DNA of 64,000 nt from an uncultured candidatus Porisulfidus sp. Its GTDB lineage: Bacteria; Pseudomonadota; Gammaproteobacteria; Poriferisulfidales; Oxydemutatoraceae. Where the stretch lies: the NCBI GenBank assembly GCA_965215125.1, contig OZ244052.1:2156707-2220706 (forward strand), in the 5' to 3' direction. A model generated the notes under the pieces. The model saw nothing but the letters and a program-made list of their open reading frames with translations, was not told the origin of the DNA and did no database searches. Positions 1 to 10,641 of this stretch are shown here, in pieces. The first letter of the stretch is position 1, and each line of letters begins with the position of its first letter. The position numbers and the translations under genes were made by a program.

Positions 1-1432
1 GCGACGGTTCGGAACCGGTGATACCTACGAAAAAAAATCTCTTTCCGGTTTCTACTTCGATTAAGCCGGTATTCGTTTTCCCGCCTTGTATTATTTCTGA
101 AATTACTGCATTCTTGACTCTGGGATCTGCCAAAATGCTTTCTTGTTTATCGAGGTCTAAAAATCCGGTACTTTGCTTGGTATATCCGTAATTATCCCTG
201 ACTGCATCAAAAAACCCGATTTCATCTTCGAATAAGAGCAGGTCGAGGTTTTCAATTAATCCGGCATAACGAATTTCCGCCATACGGCGTTTCATATCGC
301 CGATTAACTCCTCACGGACTACTTCAAAGGGTTTTTGTTCGGCTTCGGTGAGATCTATTAGCTGAAAAATTTGTATACCGTATTGGGTGCGTATCGGGCG
401 GGTGTATTCTCCTTGTGCTAGTTGCAATACCGCACTTCTAACATCTTCGTTTTCTAGTTCTTCGGCAGTGAGCTCGGGGAGTTCACCTCCGCTTTCCGAA
501 GTCAAGTCGTCGTCCGAGTGGTTGCGGGCGAGTTCGGAAAAGTCCGCACCTTCTTGAAGTTGTAGATAGATATCTTCGGCTTCTTCCAGTGCCTCGGTCG
601 TACTGCGATCTTCGGTTGATATTAAAATGTGACGCAAATTGAATTTTTCGGGATACAGATAATCGTCGGAACGTTGCTCGTAATATTTTCTCGCTTCTTC
701 ATCTCCGACTGTTTGCCGTGCTTCTATTTTCGCTACATCAATTTCCAAATAATCAAATCTTGCTTTGTACGGCGATTGGTATAAGGTTTTGTTCTCTTCG
801 TAATAAGCCTGCGCTTGTTCGGTGCTGATGCTATCGGGTTCTATAAAATAACTATAGCTAACCGGCAGATAGCGTATTTTTCTTTTTTGATCCGAGAGAT
901 GGACATAGCGTTTGCGTTCGCTCGGTAAAATGAAACTTGAGTTTTGTATTGCCGATATAAACTGCTCTTCTTTTAATACTTCTTTTTGTGCTTGCTCGAA
1001 AAGAACGGGTGTAAATCCGCTTCTAGTAAGTAGATCTCTGTAGGTTTCTGCGTCAAAGCGTTGGTTTTTCTTAAATTCCGGTCTGTTTCTAATAAATTCC
1101 GCAAGTTTCAAGTCGGTTGTCTGCAGACCATATTTATCGATCGCTATATTGAGAAGCTGTTCGCTGACTAATTCGCCTATCACCTCGGTTTTAATTTCTT
1201 TCTCGGTGAATTGATGGTTGATTTGAGCCTGTTCCAACATTCTTTTTTTGTTGATTAAGGCTTGTTCTACTTGGAACTCGGTAATCTCTCGATTGTCAAT
1301 CTCAATGGCAACAGGGGAGCTATCCAGCCCGAAGTATTGTTGTATGCCCCACAAAGCGAAGGGGATAGATATCACTATGACGATTGCATAAGCTATCCAG
1401 CCCGTTGCTTTATCTCTAATCTTTATAAGCAT
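1..1432 (-). CDS. ppiD: Periplasmic chaperone/PPIase D (3' end runs off the window)
   Basis: Absent from the ORF track because it is truncated. Manual translation from the ATG at 1432 gives MLIKIRDKATGWIAYAIVIVISIPFALWGIQQYFG, with parvulin-like LRHILI and DFSELARNHSDD motifs later. Canonical position after hupB and the tRNAs. Confidence 0.93.
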   Translation of the reverse strand, partial: MLIKIRDKATGWIAYAIVIVISIPFALWGIQQYFGLDSSPVAIEIDNREITEFQVEQALINKKRMLEQAQINHQFTEKEIKTEVIGELVSEQLLNIAIDKYGLQTTDLKLAEFIRNRPEFKKNQRFDAETYRDLLTRSGFTPVLFEQAQKEVLKEEQFISAIQNSSFILPSERKRYVHLSDQKRKIRYLPVSYSYFIEPDSISTEQAQAYYEENKTLYQSPYKARFDYLEIDVAKIEARQTVGDEEARKYYEQRSDDYLYPEKFNLRHILISTEDRSTTEALEEAEDIYLQLQEGADFSELARNHSDDDLTSESGGELPELTAEELENEDVRSAVLQLAQGEYTRPIRTQYGIQIFQLIDLTEAEQKPFEVVREELIGDMKRRMAEIRYAGLIENLDLLLFEDEIGFFDAVRDNYGYTKQSTGFLDLDKQESILADPRVKNAVISEIIQGGKTNTGLIEVETGKRFFFVGITGSEPS

Positions 1433-1468
1433 TATTCTCTAACAATGATCTGATTTTTTGTTCAAAGG

Positions 1469-1545
1469 TGGCGGAGTGGACGGGATTCGAACCCGCGACC
1501 CCCGGCGTGACAGGCCGGTATTCTAACCAGCTGAACTACCACTCC
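1469..1545 (-). tRNA. tRNA-Asp(GTC)
   Basis: Reverse complement GGAGTGGTAGTTCAGCTGG...CTGTCAC...GGTTCGAATCCCGTCCACTCCGCCA; 77 nt with encoded CCA. Confidence 0.97.
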
Positions 1546-1657
1546 TACAAATGCTAACCGTTGTTTCCGTATGCTTATGATAATGAATATCAAAGCAAAT
1601 ACCTTGTACCTCAATATCCATATCATAGCGCGTCCCTAGCTTCCCGTTCCGCTCGTT

Positions 1658-1732
<75 letters not shown>

Positions 1733-1745
1733 TTTAGTCGGATAA

Positions 1746-2015
1746 TTAGTTCAAGGCGTCTTTTAGTGCTTTACCTGCCTTAAACGAGGGTCTTTTGCTT
1801 GCGCTAATCTGAATACTCTCACCGGTTCTGGGGTTGCGTCCCATGCGAGCTTTGCTTTCGCGAACCATAAAAGTTCCAAATCCTACGATGGTTACAGATT
1901 GACCATTTTTTAGACTTCCAGTTATTGCAGATATTGTTGCATCTAGGGCTTTAGTTGCATCGGATTTTGATAGTCCGGCACCGGCGATTGCTTCAACAAG
2001 TTCAGATTTATTCAT
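1746..2015 (-). CDS. hupB: DNA-binding protein HU
   Basis: MNKSEL, GFGTF, GRNPRTG and FKAGKALK motifs; follows lon. Confidence 0.95.
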   Translation of the reverse strand: MNKSELVEAIAGAGLSKSDATKALDATISAITGSLKNGQSVTIVGFGTFMVRESKARMGRNPRTGESIQISASKRPSFKAGKALKDALN

Positions 2016-2176
2016 TTTTGCTTAATCTCCTTATGTGATGGTTTAAATATAGTTAAAAAACGAACCCTAATTTACTTGAAGCAAAAGAGGGTTCTACGAA
2101 TTATTAAGTAGCAATTTTAACAACAAAAACTTAAAAAAGTAAGGGAAATATCACAAAATTTTATAAATTTACTTGC

Positions 2177-4618
2177 TTAGTGGCTTTGAATTCCGCTCGT
2201 TTTGCCCGTTTTATTGGATATTTCTTTATCAGCGGGGATTTTTCCCGTTATTTTGTCTTTGTATTCTATCGGTATCGGGGTGTCGGTCAATGCTATTTTT
2301 AATACCTCGTCAATCCATTGCACGGGTCGTATATCGAGTTTGCCGATGATATTTTCAGGTATTTCTTTTAAGTCTTTGCCATTTTCTTTAGGGATAAGGA
2401 CGGTCTTGATGTGTGCCCTTTGAGCAGCCAGAAGTTTTTCTTTTAAGCCTCCGATTGCCAGCACTTCGCCGCGCAATGTAATCTCGCCGGTCATCGCTAC
2501 ATTTGCACGCACCGGTATTTTTGTAATTGCCGATATAATTGCAGTACAGACCGTGATACCTGCGCTGGGCCCGTCTTTGGGGGTGGCACCTTCGGGTATG
2601 TGGACATGTACATCGTGGTTTTCATGAAAGTCGGCTGCGATACCCAAAATCTCGCCGCGGCTTCGAACGATAGCCATCGCAGCTTGTACCGATTCTTTCA
2701 TAACATCGCCGAGTTGACCGGTATGTGATAAGTGTCCTTTGCCCGACATAGTCGTACTTTCTACGGTCAGCAATTCACCTCCGGATTCTGTCCACGCCAG
2801 CCCGTTGACTTGCCCGATACGATTTTCCTCATCGGCAACCCCGTAGCGGAACTTTCTCACACCTAAATAACGTTCAAGAGAACTCGGACTTACTTTTATC
2901 GGTTTTTTGGCTTTGTCTTTGCTCAAAACCAGATTTTTGACAACTTTGCGAGAGACTTTCATGATCTCTCGCTCGAGGTTGCGTACCCCGGCCTCGCGTG
3001 TGTAATAGCGTATGGTATCCAATACGGCATTTTGAGAGATTTGTATTTCTTTTGTGACCAGCCCGTTTGCTTTCATTGCCTTGGGCATTAGATATTGCAT
3101 CGCAATATTAAGCTTTTCGTCTTCGGTATAACCGGGGATTCTAATGACTTCCATACGATCTAATAACGCCGGCGGTATGTGCAGGCTATTCGCAGTGCAA
3201 ACGAACATTACATCGGATAGGTCAAACTCAACTTCTAGATAATGATCCGTGAATGTAGAGTTTTGCTCGCTATCCAATACTTCGAGCAGAGCCGATGCCG
3301 GGTCGCCTCTAAAGTCGGTTGACATTTTATCTATCTCATCTAATAAAAATAGCGGATTGCGTACGCCGATTTTCGATAGATTTTGGACGAACTTTCCGGG
3401 TTGGGCACCGATATAGGTTCTACGATGCCCGCGTATTTCGGCTTCGTCTCGGACACCGCCGAGTGCCATACGCGTAAATTTACGTCCGGTTGCGTTTGCA
3501 ATCGATTTACCCAGTGAAGTTTTACCGACACCCGGCGGACCGACTAAACAAAGTATCGTGCCCTTGATTTTTTTGGTTCTCAGTTGAACCGCAAGATATT
3601 CTATAATGCGTTCTTTAACTTTCTCTAGACCGTAATGATCCTCCTCTAGGATCTTCGAAGCATCCTCCAGGCTTCTTTTGGTTCTCGATTTTTTGGTCCA
3701 AGGCATGCTTATTAACCAATCCAGATAATTACGCACTACTGCAGCTTCCGAAGACATCGGTGCCATCATATTCAGCCTACTGAGTTCTACGAGTGCCTTC
3801 TTTTCGGTATCGGCAGGCATCTGCGCTTTGGTAATTTTTTCCCGATAATTTTGTGCCTCGCTTGCAACTTCGTCTATGTCGCCGAGTTCTTTTTGTATCG
3901 CTTTCATCTGCTCGTTTAGATAGTACTCTCGTTGGCTTTTTTCCATTTGTTGTTGTACTCGACCGCGAATCCGTTTCTCCACCTTAAGGATATCGAGCTC
4001 TTCTTCTAGTAAAGCCATCAAACATTCCAGACGCTCGTATATATCGTTGATTTCCAGAATCTTTTGTTTGCTCTCTATACTCAAAGTGGTATGGGCGGCG
4101 ATTGTATATGCCAACTTGTTCAAGGTTTCGGTGGTCGTGAGTGTCTGCAATACTTCGTCGGGTATTTTTTTATTAAACTTGACATATTGACTGAATTGAT
4201 TTAGAACCAGACGAGCGAGTGTTTCAATTTTTTTTGAATCATATTTGGATGTGGTTTCCAAAATATCCATTTCGGCACCTATAAACTTTTTGTCTTTGGT
4301 GTATTTAACAACGCGAGCGCGCTCGGTTCCTTCCACCAACAATTTGATCGTATCGTCGGGCAGTTTGAGTAGTTGTAAAATATTTGCCATCGTTCCGACC
4401 GTGTAGATGTCTTTGGATGAAGGCTTGTCGGTGTCGGCGTCTTTCTGGGCTATTAGCATAATCTGCTTGTTGCATTGCATCGAGAATTCAATCGCACTGA
4501 TTGATTTCTTCCTCCCTATGAATAGGGGAATAACCATGTGTGGATAAACAACCACGTCGCGCAACGGCAGAACGGGTAATATCAAATCGCTATCTTTATG
4601 TTTTGTATGAGTTGCCAT
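2177..4618 (-). CDS. lon: ATP-dependent protease La
   Basis: [11 protein letters not shown]-domain, Walker [10 protein letters not shown], catalytic PKDGPSAG. Confidence 0.98.
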   Translation of the reverse strand: MATHTKHKDSDLILPVLPLRDVVVYPHMVIPLFIGRKKSISAIEFSMQCNKQIMLIAQKDADTDKPSSKDIYTVGTMANILQLLKLPDDTIKLLVEGTERARVVKYTKDKKFIGAEMDILETTSKYDSKKIETLARLVLNQFSQYVKFNKKIPDEVLQTLTTTETLNKLAYTIAAHTTLSIESKQKILEINDIYERLECLMALLEEELDILKVEKRIRGRVQQQMEKSQREYYLNEQMKAIQKELGDIDEVASEAQNYREKITKAQMPADTEKKALVELSRLNMMAPMSSEAAVVRNYLDWLISMPWTKKSRTKRSLEDASKILEEDHYGLEKVKERIIEYLAVQLRTKKIKGTILCLVGPPGVGKTSLGKSIANATGRKFTRMALGGVRDEAEIRGHRRTYIGAQPGKFVQNLSKIGVRNPLFLLDEIDKMSTDFRGDPASALLEVLDSEQNSTFTDHYLEVEFDLSDVMFVCTANSLHIPPALLDRMEVIRIPGYTEDEKLNIAMQYLMPKAMKANGLVTKEIQISQNAVLDTIRYYTREAGVRNLEREIMKVSRKVVKNLVLSKDKAKKPIKVSPSSLERYLGVRKFRYGVADEENRIGQVNGLAWTESGGELLTVESTTMSGKGHLSHTGQLGDVMKESVQAAMAIVRSRGEILGIAADFHENHDVHVHIPEGATPKDGPSAGITVCTAIISAITKIPVRANVAMTGEITLRGEVLAIGGLKEKLLAAQRAHIKTVLIPKENGKDLKEIPENIIGKLDIRPVQWIDEVLKIALTDTPIPIEYKDKITGKIPADKEISNKTGKTSGIQSH

Positions 4619-4675
4619 AATATACTCCGGTGTTCTCTTCTACTATTAGGGTGTAATCGTCATATTTCAAGTGAT

Positions 4676-5953
4676 TTATCCGGCCTTCTCGTATTTTTGC
4701 CGTGATGAATCTTTATATATCAGTATCGGCGGGCTATTCCCTGCTACAACTTTCTCGTCAATGATAACTTTTGCTACATTATCCATAGAAGGTAAATCGT
4801 ACATAGTATCCAATAATAGCGACTCTATGATATTGCGCAAACCGCGTGCGCCGGTGTGTTTCGCTATTGCCTTTTCGGCGATTGCACGCAATGCCTGAGG
4901 TTGAAATTCCAACTTGATATCCTCCATATTGAATAAGTATTGATATTGCTTGGTTAGCGCATTGCGAGGTTCGGTTAATATGCGAACCAGGGTCTCTTTA
5001 TCCAATTCGTCCAATACCGAAAACACTGCGAGCCGACCGACGAATTCGGGTATCAAACCATAAGAGATTAAATCCTTAGATTCAACTTGGGCTAAGAGAT
5101 GCGCAAGTGTTTCGGTGTCTTGAGGTTTACGAATGTCTGCCGAGAAACCGATGCTACTTTTGTCGGTACGTTGCTGTATCACTCGATCCAATCCGGCAAA
5201 TGCGCCGCCACAGATAAACAATATATTCTGTGTATTGATTTGTATAAGCTCTTGTTGAGGGTGTTTGCGCCCGCCGTGTGGTGGTATTCCGGCGATAGTG
5301 CCTTCTATTAGTTTGAGTAAGGCTTGCTGCACGCCTTCGCCCGAGACATCCCGAGTAATCGAGGGATTATCGGACTTGCGAGAGATTTTATCTATTTCGT
5401 CTATATAAATGATTCCTTGCTGTGCTCTCCCGATATCGTGATCGCACGATTGCAACAGCCTGTAGATGATGTTTTCTACATCTTCTCCGACATAACCCGC
5501 CTCGGTCAGAGTCGTTGCATCGGTAATAGCGAAGGGCACATTCAATATCCGCGCAAGCGTTTGGGCAAGTAGAGTTTTGCCACAACCGGTAGGACCGATT
5601 AGCAGAATGTTACTTTTGGAAATTTCTACATCGTTATCGGTGTTTTTCTGTCGTAGACGTTTGTAGTGGTTATAAACCGCAACCGATAAAACTTTTTTTG
5701 CATAGTCTTGACCGATGACATATTGATCCAGGGTGTTCTTAATTTCTTGGGGTTTAGGAATTTTTTCGGTGTCACGAAAAGGAATGTTTTTTTCCTCCGT
5801 CAATAAGTCGTTGCATAACTCTATGCATTCGTTGCAGATATAAATTGATGGACCGGCTATGAGCCGATCTACCTCTCGCTGACTTTTGCCACAGAAAGAA
5901 CAATGTATAGACTTGCTTCGGGAGTTACTACTTTTTTTAACATGTCTAGCCAT
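4676..5953 (-). CDS. clpX: ClpX ATPase (probable start at ATG 5953, MARHVKK; the ORF track extends to 6019)
   Basis: Zinc finger CSFCGK...[33 protein letters not shown] loop. Confidence 0.97.
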   Translation of the reverse strand: MARHVKKSSNSRSKSIHCSFCGKSQREVDRLIAGPSIYICNECIELCNDLLTEEKNIPFRDTEKIPKPQEIKNTLDQYVIGQDYAKKVLSVAVYNHYKRLRQKNTDNDVEISKSNILLIGPTGCGKTLLAQTLARILNVPFAITDATTLTEAGYVGEDVENIIYRLLQSCDHDIGRAQQGIIYIDEIDKISRKSDNPSITRDVSGEGVQQALLKLIEGTIAGIPPHGGRKHPQQELIQINTQNILFICGGAFAGLDRVIQQRTDKSSIGFSADIRKPQDTETLAHLLAQVESKDLISYGLIPEFVGRLAVFSVLDELDKETLVRILTEPRNALTKQYQYLFNMEDIKLEFQPQALRAIAEKAIAKHTGARGLRNIIESLLLDTMYDLPSMDNVAKVIIDEKVVAGNSPPILIYKDSSRQKYEKAG

Positions 5954-6104
5954 AACAAGGTTTATTATATTCATCGGTTGTGATATGGCAATATGTATTC
6001 GCACACGCCGTAATTTCATTATAATGCGGAAATATGTTATACTTCATCACTCATTAACTTATTAGGAGATTATATATGCATAGTATTGCTAAACGGGTTT
6101 TTGT

Positions 6105-6887
6105 ATGCCCGAACTAACCATCAAGCAGCTCTTTGATGCGGGCGCACACTTGGGGCATCGGCCGCGTTTTTGGAATCCGAAATTCGCCCCATATCTATAC
6201 GGAAAACACAACGGTATTCACATCATCAATTTAGATAAAACTTTGCCGATGTTCAAAGAGGCACTGAAATTTATCTCCGAAATGGTATCCAAAGGCGGCA
6301 AAATACTTTTTGTAGGTACCAAAAGGGCGGCATCCGATTCTGTAGAGCAAGAAGCAAACCGATGCGGTATGCCTTATGTACACGTACATTGGTTGGGTGG
6401 ATTTTTAACCAATTACAAGACCGTTCAAAATTCAATCAAGGAATTTAATAAACTCAAAGTACAAATAGAAAACAACGCCTTCAGTGGTTTGAATAAAAAA
6501 GAAAGCCGACAAATCCAGCGCAAATTTGAAAAATCAAGCCGTGATTTTGAAGGCATCTGCAATTTGACTTCACCCCCCGATGCCTTGTTCGTTATCGACA
6601 TCGCTTATGAGGAAATTGCCATAAAAGAAGCGAGAAAATTAAATATCCCGATTGTCGCAATCGTCGATACCAACAATACGACCGAAGGCATAGATTATCC
6701 CATTCCGGCCAACGACGATGCAATGAGTTCGATCAGACTGTATACTCGGCTGGTTGCCGATACCGTATTGGAAGGCATTGCAAAAGCCGAGGAGGCGGCT
6801 GCGGAAGAGGCTGCATCACCGTTATTCATAAAAGGCGATGCCGTCGTCGTAGAGGAAGAAAGCGTAGCAATTGCGCAAACCGAATAA
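6105..6887 (+). CDS. rpsB: 30S ribosomal protein S2
   Basis: AGAHLGH..WNPK, FVGTK and PANDDA motifs; precedes tsf. Confidence 0.97.
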   Translation: MPELTIKQLFDAGAHLGHRPRFWNPKFAPYLYGKHNGIHIINLDKTLPMFKEALKFISEMVSKGGKILFVGTKRAASDSVEQEANRCGMPYVHVHWLGGFLTNYKTVQNSIKEFNKLKVQIENNAFSGLNKKESRQIQRKFEKSSRDFEGICNLTSPPDALFVIDIAYEEIAIKEARKLNIPIVAIVDTNNTTEGIDYPIPANDDAMSSIRLYTRLVADTVLEGIAKAEEAAAEEAASPLFIKGDAVVVEEESVAIAQTE

Positions 6888-6903
6888 GGCGGTATAAAGT
6901 CTT

Positions 6904-7782
6904 ATGAATGTTACAGCTGTGATGATCAAGCAACTGCGAGAAGCGACCGGTGCCGGTATGATGGAATGTAAAAGGGCTCTGGTGGAAGCCGAAGGCGATA
7001 GCGATGTTGCAATCGAGATACTGCGTAAATCGGGTCAGGCTAAAGCAGCCAAAAAATCGTCTAGGGTTGCAGCAGAAGGCTTGATCGTTATTCGCACTTC
7101 TCCCGACCACGAAACGGCAACATTGTTGGAAGTTAACTGCGAGACCGATTTTGTTGCCAAAGATAAACAGTTTAGTGAATTTTGTGGCATTGTTGCAGAT
7201 GCCACCCTGAATACTTCGGTCAACACGATAGCGGACTTGGAGGATTTCACCGACGCAACGGCGAAGATAAAAGATTTGTGCTTATCGCTGACTGCGAAAC
7301 TCGGTGAGAATATAAAAATCAGACGTTTTGATAAGCTAAACCGGCAAGGTGATATACTGGCGAGTTATAATCACGGCAATCGCATCGGCGTGCTGGTTGA
7401 TATGGAGGGCGGTGATGCCGAAGTTGCTAAAGATATTGCAATGCATATTGCAGCCGGCAAACCACTTTGCATAAACGAGCAACAAGTGCCGTCCGAACTG
7501 CTTGCTAAGGAGCGGGAGATTTTAACCGAACAAACCAAACAAAGCGGTAAACCCGACCATCTAATAGATAAAATCGTAGCAGGAAAATTACAGAAATATC
7601 TAAACGAGATAACACTTTTAGGACAAGCTTTTGTTAAAGATGTGGATCAAACGGTTGCGCAAAAACTTAAAGCCCATTCGGCTTCTATTCAAGGTTTTTT
7701 GCGTTATGAGATTGGTGAAGGCATAGAACGTCAACAGGAAAATTTTGCCGAAGAAGTAATGGCACAAGTTAATCAAGGTTAA
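6904..7782 (+). CDS. tsf: Elongation factor Ts
   Basis: LREATGAGMMECK, EVNCETDFVA, AMHIAA. Confidence 0.98.
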   Translation: MNVTAVMIKQLREATGAGMMECKRALVEAEGDSDVAIEILRKSGQAKAAKKSSRVAAEGLIVIRTSPDHETATLLEVNCETDFVAKDKQFSEFCGIVADATLNTSVNTIADLEDFTDATAKIKDLCLSLTAKLGENIKIRRFDKLNRQGDILASYNHGNRIGVLVDMEGGDAEVAKDIAMHIAAGKPLCINEQQVPSELLAKEREILTEQTKQSGKPDHLIDKIVAGKLQKYLNEITLLGQAFVKDVDQTVAQKLKAHSASIQGFLRYEIGEGIERQQENFAEEVMAQVNQG

Positions 7783-7812
7783 GATTCGCTATACACATAG
7801 TGATAAACCATC

Positions 7813-8544
7813 ATGGAAACGGAAGCGCAATCGAACAAAGTAAACTTGCGCATCGTATTAAAGCTTAGCGGCGAGATACTTTCGAACACCGACGGTTATG
7901 GAATAGGGATAGCGGCATTAAATCAACTCGTTGACGAGATTAAATTACTACACGAAGAGAAAGTTGAATTAGCTTTGGTGATAGGTGGAGGCAATATTAT
8001 CCGCGGCGAGGCTTTTGCTGCCGGCGGCACCGCTCGGACTACCGCAGACTATATGGGGATGTTGGTGACTGTCGTTAATGCGTTGGCACTGCAAGACGCC
8101 CTGGAGAAAAAGCGTATCAACACGCGTGTGGTTTCGGCGATTAAGATGGATGAAGTATGCGAAAGTTATATACGCCGCCGCGCGATACGCCATTTAGAGA
8201 AAGGTCGGATTGTTATATTTGCAGCCGGAACCGGAAACCCTTTTTTTACTACCGATACGGCGGCAAGTCTCAGAGCGGTTGAAATAGATGCGGATATCTT
8301 ATGCAAAGCAACCAAGGTAGACGGCGTATACGATACCGACCCGAAGCAAAACCCCGACGCTAAATTGTATAAAAAGCTGAGCTACGACGAAGCGTTATCT
8401 AGAAATTTAGCGATTATGGATGCAACTGCGATCGTTTTATGCAAAGAAAATAAAATACCGATACGTGTATTTAATATGAAAGCACGCGGTATGTGTAGAA
8501 AAATTATCGAAGACGAGAGTGTCGGAACTCTGATTAGTGGATGA
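7813..8544 (+). CDS. pyrH: Uridylate kinase
   Basis: LKLSGE, GGGNI.RG, GTGNPFFTTD. Confidence 0.97.
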   Translation: METEAQSNKVNLRIVLKLSGEILSNTDGYGIGIAALNQLVDEIKLLHEEKVELALVIGGGNIIRGEAFAAGGTARTTADYMGMLVTVVNALALQDALEKKRINTRVVSAIKMDEVCESYIRRRAIRHLEKGRIVIFAAGTGNPFFTTDTAASLRAVEIDADILCKATKVDGVYDTDPKQNPDAKLYKKLSYDEALSRNLAIMDATAIVLCKENKIPIRVFNMKARGMCRKIIEDESVGTLISG

Positions 8545-9100
8545 AACGATGGATATTATAGACGACACCAAAGCCAAAATGGAGAAAAGTATCGATTCGT
8601 TAAGGACTGACTTGACAAAAATCAGGACCGGGCGAGCACACCCGAGCCTGCTGGATCATATTACGGTGGAATACTACGGTTCTAAAACACCGATCAACCA
8701 AATCTCCAGCATTACTACCGAAGATGCAAGGACATTAACCCTTAAGATTTGGGAAAAAGAGAATATCGGTGCCGTCGAAAAAGCAATCTCAAGCGCAAAT
8801 CTAGGACTCAATCCGGTTGTCAAAGGAAATGTGATACGCGTACCGATGCCGCAACTTAACGAAGAACGACGCAAAGAACTGAATAAAATCGTTAGACAAT
8901 ACGGCGAAACCGCCAAGATCGCAATACGCAATATCCGCCGTGATATCAACCAACAATTAAAACAGCAGACCAAAGATAAGGAAATCAGTCAAGACGAAGA
9001 ACAAGCGTTTCATGCACGCATCGAGAAATTAACCGCCGATTATGTCAAACAAATAGACCATTTATTGGGGCAGAAAGAAAAAGAATTAATGGAGATTTAG
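8537..9100 (+). CDS. frr: Ribosome recycling factor (alternative start at ATG 8549)
   Basis: IRTGRAHP, EERRKEL, IRNIRRD. Confidence 0.97.
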   Translation: MDETMDIIDDTKAKMEKSIDSLRTDLTKIRTGRAHPSLLDHITVEYYGSKTPINQISSITTEDARTLTLKIWEKENIGAVEKAISSANLGLNPVVKGNVIRVPMPQLNEERRKELNKIVRQYGETAKIAIRNIRRDINQQLKQQTKDKEISQDEEQAFHARIEKLTADYVKQIDHLLGQKEKELMEI

Positions 9101-9107
9101 ACCTAAA

Positions 9108-9812
9108 ATGGATAAGCCTGTGCCTCGGCATGTCGCGATTATCATGGACGGTAACGGGCGATGGGCAAAATTTCTCGGCAAAAGCAGAATTTACGGACAC
9201 CGAATGGGGGTTAAAAGTACGAGGGAAGCCGTAGAACTCGCAGTTGAATATAAAATTCCCGAACTTACACTCTATACCTTTAGTAGCGAAAACTGGTCTA
9301 GGCCCTCTATGGAGGTCAACGCTTTATTAAAGTTATTCAAAGAAACCTTGGCAGCCGAATTGGAAGACTTGATAAAAAACCATGTTCGGGTGCGTTTTAT
9401 AGGAGATATCTCGGCTTTCGACGAAATCATTAAAAGAGAGATAGTCAATGCCGAAAAAACGACCGCAAAACTCGATAAGCTACGCTTGAATATCGCATTG
9501 AACTACGGTGGGCGATGGGATATTGCAAATGCAGTGAGACATCTGCATGGTCAAAACCGAAAATTATCGGATCATTCAACGATACAAACAAAAATATCCG
9601 AATATCTGAAATGCAATAGCGTGGGCGATGTGGATCTCATGATTCGTACCGGTGGAGAGTTTCGGATCAGTAATTTTTTGTTATGGCAGAGTGCCTATGC
9701 CGAATTATATTTTAGCGAAATTTTATGGCCGGATTTTCGCCGTACGGAGTTCCTCGAAGCATTGGATTGGTTTAGCCTCAGGCAAAGACGTTTCGGAGGT
9801 GTGCCGGATTGA
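9108..9812 (+). CDS. uppS: Undecaprenyl diphosphate synthase
   Basis: HVAIIMDGNGRWA, FSSENW.RP, RISNFLLWQSAY. Confidence 0.97.
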   Translation: MDKPVPRHVAIIMDGNGRWAKFLGKSRIYGHRMGVKSTREAVELAVEYKIPELTLYTFSSENWSRPSMEVNALLKLFKETLAAELEDLIKNHVRVRFIGDISAFDEIIKREIVNAEKTTAKLDKLRLNIALNYGGRWDIANAVRHLHGQNRKLSDHSTIQTKISEYLKCNSVGDVDLMIRTGGEFRISNFLLWQSAYAELYFSEILWPDFRRTEFLEALDWFSLRQRRFGGVPD

Positions 9813-10630
9813 TGAGTCGGCATACACAAAGATTAACGGTCGGTGTCGTATTATCGGTTGTTATAACGCTTTGCATCGTAGGCTTGTCGAGTTTGACAAT
9901 TGTAGGTATTTTTGCATTGCTCGGTGTATTAGCCGTTTATGAATGGGGTCGATTGATTGCCGCTAGTCGCAACAAAAATAAACAACTCATCTATGTATTT
10001 ATAGGCGTGCTCGGCACTTTGTTTCTGGCATCGCCGTCTATTTATTACGATAATAAAATAATCTTGTATGTCGCTGTCTTGTGGTGGTTCATAGCACTTT
10101 TAATCGGCATTTTCTACAATGTTCGATTGTGTGCAAATGTAATTTTCAGGTGGTTTTTGTCGGTTCATATCATCATTGCCTTAGCGGCTTGCGGTGTTGC
10201 GGTTTATCTACTGCATGAAATGGCTTGGTCTTTACTACTCTATGCGGTGATATTGGTTATTGTCAGCGATACTTCGGCATACTATGTAGGTCGCCGGATG
10301 GGCAGAAATAAACTAGCTCCGACAATTAGCCCGGGGAAAACCAGAGAAGGATTCTGGGGTGCGTTGTTTGCGACGCTGATTTTGAGTTTATCAACCGCAA
10401 TTCTATTTTTGGAAAATAACACGCCGTTGAATGTGGTATCATGGATACTTTTGAGCTTGATCGCTTGTATCGCCGGTGTCATCGGAGATTTAACCGAAAG
10501 TATGGCTAAACGGTGTGCCGGTGTGAAAGACAGTGGTAATGTATTACCGGGACACGGCGGTCTACTCGATAGAATCGATGCATTCATCGCCACAACACCG
10601 GTTATCGCATTGGGCGTTTTGTATCTTTGA
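9809..10630 (+). CDS. cdsA: Phosphatidate cytidylyltransferase
   Basis: Multiple TM segments; ISPGKT.EG and KDSGNVLPGHGGLLDRID. Confidence 0.96.
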   Translation: MMSRHTQRLTVGVVLSVVITLCIVGLSSLTIVGIFALLGVLAVYEWGRLIAASRNKNKQLIYVFIGVLGTLFLASPSIYYDNKIILYVAVLWWFIALLIGIFYNVRLCANVIFRWFLSVHIIIALAACGVAVYLLHEMAWSLLLYAVILVIVSDTSAYYVGRRMGRNKLAPTISPGKTREGFWGALFATLILSLSTAILFLENNTPLNVVSWILLSLIACIAGVIGDLTESMAKRCAGVKDSGNVLPGHGGLLDRIDAFIATTPVIALGVLYL

Positions 10631-10641
10631 AGGTTTAGTAG

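Noticed and set aside
1262-1453. 63 aa plus-strand ORF
   Set aside because: Antisense to the ppiD 5' end.
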